DNA of 64,000 nucleotides from Mobula hypostoma (lineage: Eukaryota): positions 133,798,001-133,862,000 of the forward strand of contig NC_086097.1 of assembly GCF_963921235.1 (NCBI RefSeq), read 5' to 3'. The notes below the pieces were generated by a model that was given only the letters and a program-made list of their open reading frames with translations, was not told the origin of the DNA and ran no database searches. The stretch's first letter is position 1; each line of letters starts with the position of its first letter. Position numbers and translations under genes: made by a program. Below are positions 49,373 to 61,877 of this stretch, in pieces.

Positions 49373-52300
49373 TAAGACCATAAGACATAGAAGCAGAATT
49401 AGACAATTCAGCCCATCGATTCGGCTCAGCTATTCCATCATGGCTAATTTATTATCCCTCTCAACCACATTCTCCTGCCTTCTCCTTGTAACTTTTGATG
49501 CCTTTATTAATCAAGAACCTTAAATAGACCCAGTTACTTGGCCTGCACAGTCGTCTGCGTCAATGAATTCCTCAGATTTACCACACTCTGGCTAAAGATA
49601 TTTTTCCTCATCTCTGTTCTAAATGGATGTCCCTCTATTCTGAGGCTGTGCCTTCTCATCCTAGACTCCACCCCTATAGGAAACATCTTCTCCACATCTA
49701 CTCTATCTAGGTTTTTCAATATTCAATAAATTCAAAAAGACCGCCCCCCCAACATTCTTCTAAATTACAGCGAGTACATGCCCATCAAACGTTCCTCATA
49801 TGTTAACCCTTTCATTCCTGAGATCATTTTTGTGAACTTCCTCCAGACCCTCTCCAAGGCCGACATATCACAATACTCCAAGTGCAGTCTGATCAATGCT
49901 TTTGAAAGCCTCTGCACTACATCATTGCTTTTGTATTCTAGTCCTCCTGAAACGAATGCTAACATTACATTTGCCTTCCTTACCCCCCGACTCAACCTGC
50001 AAGTTAATCTTTAGAGAGCCCTGCACGAGGATTCCCAAGTCCCTCTGCATGTCAGATTTTTGAATTTTCTGCCCATTTAGAAAACAGTCCACATCTTTAT
50101 TCCTTCTGCCAATATGCATAACCATGCACTTCCCTACACTATATTCTATCTGCCACTTCTTTGTCCATTCCCTTAATCTGTCTAAGTCCTTCTGCAGACA
50201 ACATAATTCTTCAAAAATACCTGTCCCTCCGCCTATCTTTGTATCATCCACAACCTTGGCTACAAAGCCATCAGTTCCGTTATCCAAGTCATTGACATAT
50301 AATGTGAAAAGCAGTTCCAACATTGATCCCTCTGGCTCACCACTAGTCTCTGGCAGCCAACCAGAAATGGCCCCTTATTTCCATTCTTTGCCTCCTATCA
50401 GCCTGCCAATTTTTTATTCACGCTGGTACATTTCCTATAATACCATGAGCTCTTACCGTGTTAAGAATTCTCATGTATGGCACCTTGTCAAAGGCCTTCT
50501 GAAAATCCAAATAAGCAACATCCACTCACTCTCCTTCGTCTATCCTGCCTGTTATTTCCTCAAAGTGTTCGAACAGATTTGTCAGGCAAGTTTTCCCCTT
50601 TAGAAAACCATACTGACTTTGGCCATTTTTTATCAACTGCTTCTAAGTACTCTGAAACCTTATCCTTAAAAATCGACTCTACCATATTTCCTACCACCAA
50701 AGTCAGGCTAACTGGCTTATAATTTCCTTTCTTCTGCCTCCCTCCCTCCATAAGGAGTGGATTGATGTTAACAATTTTCTAATCCTCATTATCCATTCCA
50801 GAATCTAGTAATTCTTGAAAGATCATTACTAATGCCTCCTTAATGACTTCAGTTACGTCTTTCTGAACCCTGAGCTATAGTCGAGCTGGTCCAGGCAACC
50901 TATCTACCTTCAGATTTTTCAGCTTCCCAAGCACCTTCTCTTAAGAAACCACAATCACTTCTGCCCCTGACACTCTCACATTTCTGACATTCTGCTGGTA
51001 CCTTCCACAGTGAAGACTGGTGCAAAATACTTATTCAGTTAATCTGCCATTTCGTTGTCCCCCATTACTACCTCTCCAACATCATTTTCCAGTAGCCCAA
51101 TATCCATTCTCATCTCTCTTTTACTCTTTATATATCTGGGAAAAAACCCTTTGTATCCTCTTTTATATTATTGGCTGGCTTACTTTCATATTTCAACTTT
51201 TTTCTCTTTATGACTTTTTTAGGTGCCTGCTGTTGTTTTTAAAAGCTTCCTAATCCTCCATCTTCCCAATAATTTTTGTTATATTATATTCCCTCTTTTT
51301 AGCTTTTATGCTGTCTGTGATTCCCCATGTCAGCCATGGTTGCCTCCTCTTCCCTTTAGAAGACTTCTTTATCTTCAGGATGTATCTTTCCTGTGCCTTC
51401 TGAATTTTCCCTGAAAGTACCATCTATTGCTGCTAGTGTCCCCGTCAATCAACTTTGGCCAGCTCCTCTCTCATGCCTCTATAATTCCCCTTATTCCACT
51501 GTAAAACTGATACATCTGATTTTAGCCTCCTTCTGAAACTCCAAAGTGAACTCTATCATATTATGATCACTGTCTCCAGAGGGTTCCTCTACCTTAAGCT
51601 CTCTAATCAAATCTGGGTCATTACATAACACTCAATCCAGAATTGCCATTCACCCACTGGGCTCAACCACAAGTTGCTCTAAAAAGCCATCTAACAGGCA
51701 TACTACAAATCCCCTCTCTTGGGATTCAGCACCAATCTGATTTTCCCAATCTACCTGCATATTGAAATCCCCCTTGATGATCACAACATTGCCCTTATTA
51801 CATGCATTTTCTCTCTCCCAATGTAACTTGCAGCCTACGTCATAGCTACTGTTCAGAAGCCTGTAGATAACTCCCATCAGGGTCTTTTTACCCTTGCAGG
51901 TATTTAACTCTACACATAAAGTTTCTATATCTTCCAGTCCTTTGTCACCTCTTTCTAAGGATTTGATTTCCTTCTTACCAACCTCTCTACCTATCTGCCT
52001 GTCCTTTCTATACAATGTGTATTCTTGGATGTTAAGCACTCAACTATGATCTTCTTTCAGACACGACTCAGGGATGCACACAACATCATAGCTGCCAATC
52101 TCTAAGTGCGGTACAAGATCACACTTATTCCATATACTGTGTGCATTCAAATATAACATTTTCAGCCCGGATTCATCACCCGTTTCAATTTTGGCCCCCT
52201 GTAATACTTTAACTCATCCCACTGACTGCAATTTTACCCTATTATCTGCCAGTCCTTCCTTGCAGTCTCACTACACACTGCATCTACTTGTATCCCAACT

Positions 52301-53215
52301 GCCCCATCCTCAGCCCCATCACTCCGGTTCTGATTCCCACACCATAGTAGTTCAAAACCCTCCTCAATACCTCTAGCAGACTTGCCTGAAAGAATATTGG
52401 TCGCCCTTGGTTTCAGGCGTAACCTGTCCATTTTGTGCAGATCATACCTTCCCCAGAAGAGTTCACAATGATCGAGAAATCCGAAATCCTGTCCCCTGCA
52501 CCAATTCTTCAGACTTGTATTCATCTGCCAAATCATCCTATTCTTACCCTTACTGGCATGTGCGCAGGCAACAATCCAGGATTACTACCCTCGAGGTCCT
52601 GCCTTTCAGCTGTCTGCCTAGTTCCCTATATTCTTCAGAATCTCCTATGTCATTGGCACGAACATGAACCTCGACCCCGGCTGTTCAGCCTGCCCCCTTT
52701 AGAATGCTGTGGACCCGATCTAGGACATCCATGACCCTAGCAGCTGGGAGACAACATACCATCTGGGAGTCCCCTTCATGTCCACATGATCTGCTTTCTG
52801 CTCTTCTAATTATGGGAACCTCTATCACTACTGTTCTCCTCTTCTCTGCCCTTCCCTTCCGAGCCACAGAGCCAGACTTGGTACCAGAGACCCAGTCAAT
52901 GCAGCTTCATTTCCACCCAACAGTATCCAAAGTGGTATACTTATTACTGAGGTGAACTGCCACATGTGTACTCTGCATTGGCTGCCTCGACCCTTTCCCT
53001 CTCCTGACAGTCACCCAGGTACCTATCTCCCTCTAGCTCCTGCCTATCACCTCCTCAATTTCCCATATGAGTCGATGGTCATTGAGGTGCAGCTCCAGTT
53101 CCTTAACAGGGTACCTAAGGAGCTTCAGCTCGATGCACCTTGTGCAGATGTAGTTATCAGTAAGAGTGGAGGTCTCCCAGAATTCCCACATCTCACACAA
53201 AGAACATATTCTCAC
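49373..53215 (-). mobile_element. Near full-length decayed CR1 LINE with ORF1 (zinc finger/leucine zipper plus SGNH esterase) and ORF2 (APE plus RT)
   Basis: CSLCEMWE..CTRCIELKLL; RRTVVI..MVCCLPAARV..; GVIYR..KGDFN; RT motifs; tail taagaccataagacatag. Confidence 0.92.
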
Positions 53216-54545
53216 ACAAAGGACATAATTCAGCGACATTCCCCACTTAACACAGTGGCAATCAAAGTCAGACAGACAATAATGTTATTGTAATAGGTTA
53301 CAGGGCAGTACAAGAGCTATGCGTATGCATCACTGGTTGAAAAACTTTGTGACTTCCATACCCCATGCTGCTGTGTATAATTATTAGCACAGCTTGAACA
53401 CAGTTAGTGTGGATTAACAAACATTTCAATTAGAATTACATATGAAATTGAAGGGACCCAATGATTCATGTTGGCCTTACAGCTTTAGAACTATTGCTTC
53501 GCTGTAACACATGGAAGTATGTAAACCGTTTCTTCCAATTTACAGATTTTTTTCCCTGACGCTTTGAATTACATCTTAACTTTTCTATTAATTAAGAAGT
53601 ATGTAGAGCTGTGAAAAAAAATAGAACACACAAGAGCAAAGAATCCCTGGTGCTCTGTGCCAACAGCAGATGTTAACAGGCTGACTATGGGGATATAAGG
53701 GAGTGTTGACAGATTTAAGTTCACAAGACCATAACTACTGAAATTCAAATGTGAAACGTAAAGATTTCACTGCAGTACAGGACTCATTTTAATCGACCCA
53801 GACTAGGGTTCACCCACCAAATATCTTGTTACAAGTCATTATTTGTCTCTCGGTCTTTTTATTGGTTCCAAAGTTAATACCTGGCACTCAATAAACTCCT
53901 AAGAAACAACTGTCCAAAGCAAGGCTAATAATACTCAAGAAAAGATCTACATTTAATGGAGACCCGGTTTAGATTTGTTGAGGTTAAAGGCCTAGTTCTG
54001 AGATTTGTGCAAATGAAACTGTGGACCACAATAGGGTATTTTTTTCTCTTTCTCTTTCCCAGGGCCCCTTGCTTTCCTCTGCTTGAAGCCTCCACCAGCA
54101 ATGAAACTGTCAACAATAAACATGCTATGGGCATATCTCAAAGCCAATGATCTGAACAAAGTAAATGCAGACACACAAACGTCATTATAAATTGAAGCAG
54201 TCCTGTTTATTTATGAGGTGCAAGCACAAAATAATTATGTGTCAGAGCACTATTTTTAAATGAGCATGCTTTTTCACGTGCCAGGTAACTAGCCACATTA
54301 TAGCTGCACAGGCTTAATGCAGCATTTAGAGGTTAAGATTAACAACACAGTGAGCACAGGGTGCATTTTCAAGTGTACAAATGAGGGACAGAGGGGTACA
54401 AAGGTGTACTGAAAAGGTTTAATGAGAAAAAGAACTGAAAATACTAACAATCATCCATGGCTTGCTTCTGTGTGTCAGGTGAGTGAGAATGTTGTAAAAG
54501 CAGAAAAATGCTGGAAATAGCTGGTCAGGCAGCATTTATTTATTA

Positions 54546-55140
54546 CAAACAAGAGAAAATCTGCAGATGCTGGAAATCTGAGCAACATGCACAAAATGCT
54601 GGAGGAATTCAACAGGCCAGGCAGCGACTAGGAAAAGAGTACAGTCAACGTTTTGGGCCGAAACCCTTCGGCAGGATTGGAGAAAAAAAGCCGAGGAGTA
54701 GATTTAAAAGGTGGGGGAGGGGAGAGAGAAACACCAGGTGATGGGTGAAACCTGGAGGGGAAGTGATGAAGTAAAGAGTTGGGAAGTAAATTAGTGAAAG
54801 AGATAGAAGGCCATGGAAGAAAGAAAAGGGGTGAGGAGCACCAGAGGGAGGTGGTGGGCGGGCTAGGAGATAAGGTGAGAGAGGAAAAAGAGGATGGGAT
54901 ATGGTGAAGGAGAGGGGACGGGGGGCCGTGGAATAATTCTGGAAGTTTGAGAAATCGATTTTCATGCCATCAGGTTGAAAGCTACCCAAATGGAATATAA
55001 GGTGTTGTTCTTCCAGCCTAAGTGCGGCCTCATCACGACTGTGGAGGAGGCCATGGATAGACTTAGCAATGAGGAGTGGAATGGGTGGCCACTGGGAGAT
55101 CCCGCTTTTTCTGGCGGACGGAGCGTCGATGCTTAGCGAA
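54546..55140 (-). mobile_element. Penelope-like element 3' fragment with a mutated hammerhead (54643-54678)
   Basis: RLEEQHLIFHLGSFQPDGM plus pLTR; hammerhead core mutated to CTGCCGA and AAAA. Confidence 0.85.
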
Positions 55141-55144
55141 GCAC

Positions 55145-55428
55145 TGATTGATTGATTTAGATAGCTAGATATACAGTGCAGAATAGGCCCTTCTGGCTGT
55201 TTGTGCCATGCCACCCAGCAACCCCTGATTGAACCCTAGCCTATCCACAGGACAATTGACAATGACCAATTAACCTACCCGCCGGTAGGTTTTTGGAATC
55301 TGGAAGGAGACCAGAGCACCCAGAAGAAACCCACGCTCTCACGGGGAGAACATACAAGCTCCTTACTGACAGCGGCAGGAACTGAACCTGGGTTGCAGGT
55401 ACTATGCTAACCACTATGCCACCATGCC
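55145..55428 (-). mobile_element. V-SINE (HE1-like) with a CR1-type tail
   Basis: tRNA-like head 55375-55428, antisense V domain accagagcacccagaagaaacccacg..cggggagaac, CR1-like 3' end. Confidence 0.8.
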
Positions 55429-57812
55429 GTGGAGGGAGAAACAGTTAATACTTCATCATTAAGAGAGTTTGTCTCTCTCTACAGACTCTGGCTATCTGCT
55501 GGGCATTTATGGCATTCTCCTTCTGATTTCACAAGTTTGATCTGAATTTCGCTGCTTTAACATGTCTCTCTGTGTTCTTCCCCTCTAACTGCACTCACTG
55601 CCCTATTAACCAGATGGCTCCATTAAAAAGTGGAAAAACCCACTCAATCCTGGCCCCACTCCATCAGAAATATTCCCTCTGCCCCACCCTTTCTTCCCTG
55701 ATCATCTCTGCAGTTTGGTTTCTTATATTGTCATGGCCTTTGACTTTAAGCATTAACTCTGCTTTGCTCTTCACAGATACTGCCTGGCCTGTGGAGTACT
55801 TCCAGCGATTTCTATTTTATATTTAGGAGAGACAACTGGATTGATAGTAGATGGGACAAAGTTACAGTTTGGTTTATAGACAGCAGAGTTTCACTTTTTA
55901 TTTTGAGATTACGACAGACAAGATAGAGAAGACAATAAAATTAATGTCCCAAAGAGACTTAGTTTCATAAGTTATTCTCTCTACTCATCTTTCAATCTCT
56001 GTCCTCCCTCTTCTCTGCCCCTTCACATGTTTCTGCAACTTTTAATAATACTACTGACATTTTTCAATTGGGAATCAAGATGAAGTGCCTGAAGTTTTAA
56101 GGCTGTATCCCTTCCACAGTTGCTGCCTGACCTGCTGAGAATTTCCAACATGTTCTGTTTTTATTTAAGATTTATTTATTAGTGTAATATAAAAATTCTT
56201 CCCCAATATAATCCTCTTATTGCACTCAAACGATAATGTACTTAGAAAACAATCTAAATCTCAGCAGAAGAGTATGAATTTTTGAGCAGATTTGATGACA
56301 TTTCCTAAACAATTCTAATATCACTGGAAACCAAGTGAATGAATAATTAAGACTAACAGAGAAGATGACGGCAATCATAATTTAAAGGAAAGATTAAGAA
56401 GTTGCGTAAAATTCTGGGAAATGATTTCATGTTTATTTAAGTACTCTTGGCTGATCTCCCATCTACCTCTTTCCATGAAAAAGATTGTCTAAAATGCCAT
56501 TCATCCACCACCCTTGTGCTCTCCAACAACTATTCCATTTAAAATGTGCACTTTGGATGTCCAAATTCTAACTTTCTTTAGGACTGTTTAGAATTGACAT
56601 TGTCGACTTAATGTTATCTAAATGAAATACTCTCTTAAACCCTATTACATTTTGGTCATCTGTCTAAAATCTCCTAAACCAAGGTTGAATCATTGTAGTT
56701 TCTGAGGATGTTTCATGGTAAGAAAGACCCAGATAAATGCACATTGAGGTCAACAAATTAATACACATTGATCAACAGAAAGCTAAAGCAAACTCAGAGA
56801 CAATACATTCCTATATATACAACTTCAACTTCAAGATTTCTCGGCAAATCTAACCAATGGAAGAGGAGAAGGAATTTCACCTGACTGACCAACCTTTCTC
56901 TATCTACTGTACATAGTCAAATCCAGCCTGATGACCAATCATTTCCAATCAGTACCAATCATGTAAAGGACCAAATTCCCTTCGAAGAGAGGTCAAAATC
57001 TAATTGAATACAGATAATTGCCCAATGTATTAAGCGGGGCCTGATAAATTTTCTTTGCCCTCAGGAAGATGGGGCATTGCAACTCAATGTCTGAAAGGGC
57101 GGTGCGGGTAGAACTCCTTACCAGATTTAAGATGTTCCTGGATGAGCACCATATGCGCCATAACTCACAAGGCTACGGACCAAGAGATGGGAGATAGGAT
57201 TAGTTCTTCATCGACCCAAATTGAATCCCTCCATCTCTGCTTTAAATCTCCACGATTCTACCTAACTTGTTTGCTGTCACGCTAGAGTGACTGCGTGCAA
57301 TTAACTGGTAGTGGGAAACAATGAGCCTCTCTTGCAAATAAAAGTTTGTTCTCTCCTTCACTAATCTTTAAACAAGTTTCACTGTTTTGTAGATTGGGGA
57401 ACAACAGTGTGAATATGATGGATTACAAAGCCTGAGCGTGATAAGAAAGGAAATATCTATTGAAATATATTTTTGCACAAAGTAAACAATACTGGCTGCC
57501 CAAGCAACAGTATCAGTTTTTTTTAATCCTCTGCAGATGTGCTTCCTAATTAACAGGTGGATGCTGGTGAATATCCATTAGGATTTTTTTTTTGTTCCTC
57601 TCTTCATCTTCCCCTAAGGAATGAGTGGCTCCTGTGAGGAGTAGGACTGTATCAGAAGCAAACATTGATTAGGAGACCAGTAGTTAAAAGGAGCCTTGGT
57701 AAAGAGCACTGATAAAACAGTGGACAATGCTATATACAGTATGTGATGGAACTGGACCAGTAAGAAATTTGCTATTTTTATCTCTGACTACAACACGCCC
57801 TATTTGTATTCA

Positions 57813-58349
57813 CAGTATTGTGCAAAAATCTTAGGCACATATATATATCTAGGGTGCCTAAGACTTTTATACTGTGTATTTGTCAACATGGAGTGAAGAA
57901 TGAGCTTGCAAATCTGGTGGGAGCAAAGGATATTGGGAAAGGCAAGGGTGGAGCACCACAGGAGGGGTTTGGGATAGATGGCAGAGAAGGAATGCCAGGG
58001 CAGGGCATGGGTGCAGACACACCCAGCCCTGAGAACCCAAGCAAGGTCATTAGATTCCAAATAATTGGTTTATTGATCATTACAAAATGTCTTTCTGGTG
58101 CTTTCCACTCCCTCCCCTCTCCCTTACCCTTTCCCCAAACATGATTCCCCCCTCTCTGCTCCATTCTCACTCTCAGTCCATGATAGAGACCCATATCCAA
58201 ATCAGGTTTATCATCACTCACATATATCATGAAATTTATGTTTTTTTGCAGCAGTAGTACAGTGCAATACATAAAATTAGTACAGTACTATGCAAAAGTC
58301 TTAGGCACCCTCGCTGTATGTATGTGCCTAAGACTTTTGCACATTACTG
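57813..58349. mobile_element. Composite non-autonomous Tc1-type element bounded by two palindromic mini-MITEs
   Basis: 57813-57878 and 58283-58349 are each TIR(26)-spacer(15)-TIR and are inverted relative to each other; TA flanks the right unit on both sides. Confidence 0.85.
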
Positions 58350-58679
58350 TACTTAATATAGAAAGAAAATGAACCATCCTCTCCCGCCTCCTCCTAACTG
58401 TTCATCAGTGATGGTTTACTAAACAAAATTTAACATCGGGCTACATGAAAAACACAGGCTAGTGACTAAAAGTATTAGAGGGAGGTCTGAAGGAGTACCT
58501 TACAAGGATAGAAGGAGAGATAGAAAGAGTGAGAGAGGTTCAGGGAGATGGTTCCAAAACTGACAGTTCAGGCTTCTGCACATAGATCCAATACAGTGAA
58601 TCAATTAAAATCTTGGATGTGCAAGATGGAGGGTTGGAGGAATTCAGTTATTTCCAAGAATTATGAAGCTTACTGAAGT

Positions 58680-59300
58680 ATTGTGAGTAATTCTAGTTGC
58701 CCCATTATAGGAAGGGTGTGGCAGCTTTGGAAAGGGTATAGAAGAGGTTTACTGGAATGCTTCCAGGATTGGAGGGTATATAAGGAGAGGCTGGACGAAC
58801 TATGGTTGTCTTCTGTGGAGCGTCAGAGGCATAGGGGAAACCTGATGGATTCAGAATCAGATTTATCTTTACTGATATATGACATGAATTCTGTTGCTTT
58901 ACAGCAGCATTACAGTGCAATAACACAAAACTAAAGTACAGGAATAGGCAGTGCAGCACAAGGAGATATAGAGAGGGTAGACAGAATCTTTCATTTTCAG
59001 GATAGAAATGTCAAGTACTAGATGACATCCATTTAAGGTGAGAGGGGAGGAAAATGTAAAGGAGATGTGTGGGGCAGGAGTTTTACACAGAGTTCAAGGT
59101 GCATAGAACAGGCTGCCAGGGGCAGTAGTGGAAGCAAGTATGATAGTGGCATTTAACAGACTGTTAGATGCATGGTGCAGTAAATGGAGGGACTAGGATC
59201 ATGCAACAGGCAAAAGGGATTTCATTCAGTTTGGTGCAGACATCATGAGTTAAAGGGCTTGTTCCTGTGCTGCAGTCTCTGTCTTCCTTGTTCTGCATTC
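58680..59300 (+). mobile_element. Degenerate CR1 3' fragment with a small Rex1-type tail insertion (~58848-58965)
   Basis: Diverged ORF2 C-terminus and 3'UTR. Confidence 0.65.
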
Positions 59301-59469
59301 TTCACTGTGATGAAAATTCTATTACAGTACTGAACAAAATAACAAAAAGTGACCTCACGAAAAGGGACATTCAGTCCCATGTCTTCACCCTCCAGTGGAA
59401 ATATTCATGATGCCAAAACGTATAATGCCACTCCATTTCTTACACTGGAATTACTTCCCTACTGCTGAG

Positions 59470-60680
59470 ACTACATAAGGAATATTGTAAGCTATTTTGG
59501 GCTCTATATCTAGGGGAAGATGCGCTGGTCCTGGAGAGGGTCCAGAGGAGGTTCACAAGAATGATCCCAGGAATGAAAGGTTTAATCTATGATGAGCATT
59601 TGATGGCTTTAGGCCTGTACTTGGCGGAGTTCAGAAGAATGAGAGGAGATCTCATTGAAATCTACTGAATACTGAAAGGCCTGGTTAGAGTGCCCATGCA
59701 GAGGCCATTTCCATTAGTAGCAGAGTCAAAAATCCAAGGACACACACACTCAGAATAAAGGGAGATTCCTTTAGAACTAAGAGGAAGAATTTCTTCAGCC
59801 AGAGGGTGGTGAGTCTGTGGAGTTTGTTGACACTTAAGGCACAGATTGATAGATTCTTGATTTGAGGGGTTAAGGATTATTAGATTAAATTATGAGGACA
59901 CTCAGTCCTCATTTTATTGTCATTTAGAAATGCATGCATTAAAAAATGACACAATGTTCCTCCAGTATGATATCACAGAAACGCAAGACAAACCAAGACT
60001 AAAACTGACAAAAGCCACATAATTATAACATATAGTTACAACAGTACAAAGCAATACCATAATTTGATAAGAGCAGACCATGGGCATTGTAAAAAAAAAG
60101 TCTCAAATTCCCAATAGCCCCAACATCTCACGCAGACGGTAGAAGAGAGAAAACTCTCCCTGCCATGAGCTTCCAGCGCCGCAAACTTGCTGATGCAGTA
60201 TCCTGGAAGCACCCGACCACAGTCCGACTCTGAGTCCGTCCGAAAACTTCAAGCCTCCGACCAGCCCTCCGATACCGAGCACCGAGCACCATCTCTGCCG
60301 AGCTCTTCAACCCCGGCCCTGGCTGCCAAGCAACAGGCAAAGCTGAGGATTCGGGGCCTTCCCTTCCGGAGACTTCAGATCACACAGTAGCAGCGGCGGC
60401 AGCGAAACGGGCATTTCAGAAGTTTCACCAGATGTTCCTTCATGCTCTCATGCCTGCCTCCATCAAATCAGAATTGTACACGGCATCCTACTTGACAGAT
60501 TACAGATATCATTCACCGGAGAGGCCGCGCCCACTGCGTTGCGCCACCATCTTCTCCTCCCGCTGATTATGGAGAAAAGGCAAGAAAATGGGACTGAGAA
60601 AAAAGAATCAGTCATGATTGAATGGCAGAACAGACTTAAGATTTGTACATCCTCCTATAATCTAATGATTTTATGGTCAA
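59470..60680 (+). mobile_element. CR1 3' fragment split by an insertion at 59881-60564
   Basis: ERVQRRFTRMIPGMKG-encoding sequence; 3'UTR resumes at 60565. Confidence 0.8.
59881..60564 (-). mobile_element. Non-coding, probably LINE-derived non-autonomous retroposon
   Basis: GATTAT TSD at 59875-59880 and 60565-60570; CpG-rich 5' end with AAGATGGTGGC; LINE-type AATAAA tail. Confidence 0.7.
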
Positions 60681-61877
60681 AACAATGAAAATAATAGCTA
60701 AGAATTAATAATAGTTATAAAATACATTGCATTTGAGGGCAAGATGAATGAAAGGCCTGTCTGGTCTCAATCACAACCTACAACATTGCTGTATATTCAA
60801 TATTATTAATTCTGTCCATGTCACAGAGGATACAAATAGAATCAATTGCTCAAACAGCTCTTGCTGAGGGAAAATGCCTACTCTTTTTACACAGAGGGCA
60901 TACAGAGACTGCAATGTTTTAAGCAGAATGTGGAAGGCATCTTAGGAATAGCACAAATTGAGTTTGATGCAAATTTGTTTGCAAACCATATTGATGAACC
61001 ATTTACCCAAATATCAAAGAAAAGCACGCAATATCTCTTTGCATCTCTAATACCAAAAATTCAATGTTTACGAGGTAGACCACAGCACATTTAGAAAGTC
61101 ATAACATAGATAACTATCATAACAGTAGGGGTGTTGTAAAATGATTGTCTCACCCAGAAACAACTGACTTGACACAGTAGAACTCCACGAGAATGGAATA
61201 ACATGGTACAATTGTTTGCAATATACTGTGGAAGGTTATATACATACTTTACAAATCTATTTACTACATGCTATCACTTACAACCCTGCAGGCAAGCATG
61301 CTTGCAAAATAGATATGCAAAACACACTTTGGAATCAGAAAATATCCTGTACAATTTATCAAATAGTATTAAATACCATTAATTCCCTGAATTTTCATAA
61401 AAGTAACCGCATGCATCATCTCTGATCAGAATCTATGCTTGCCTAACCAAAAGCCAATACAAATTTAAAAGGAAGAGTTGACAATAATTAGTCAAAGAAG
61501 TGTTAGGTAAACATAATACTTATTTTTCTCTGTTACTGTGGTGGGTTAACTGACTTCTTTTCAGTTGGATTTGCTTTGGGCAATTAACCTTTCAGATACT
61601 GAAAGTTTTCAATTAACCCTTCCCCTACCGAACCCTTTCTTAGCTAAAAAGTTAGTTGCTTCAACACCTCTTTAACAACCATTGATTACATGTTAGGAAG
61701 AGCAACACCAAAGCAGAATGGTATTTCAGAATGTTACCATCATACATTCAGAATGGTGATCTTAACCTGTTGCATATTAGCACAAGGGTTGTTGCTACTG
61801 CTGCTACTCAGTTCAATGGTTCCACCATTTCTGATCTCCGACACTGTTCCCATTGAGTCTACACCATGTGTGTTTCA

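Noticed and set aside
61690..61760. TPKQNGISECYHHTF resembles the Copia integrase TPQQNGVAER motif
   Set aside because: Isolated short match with no other integrase, RT or LTR features nearby.
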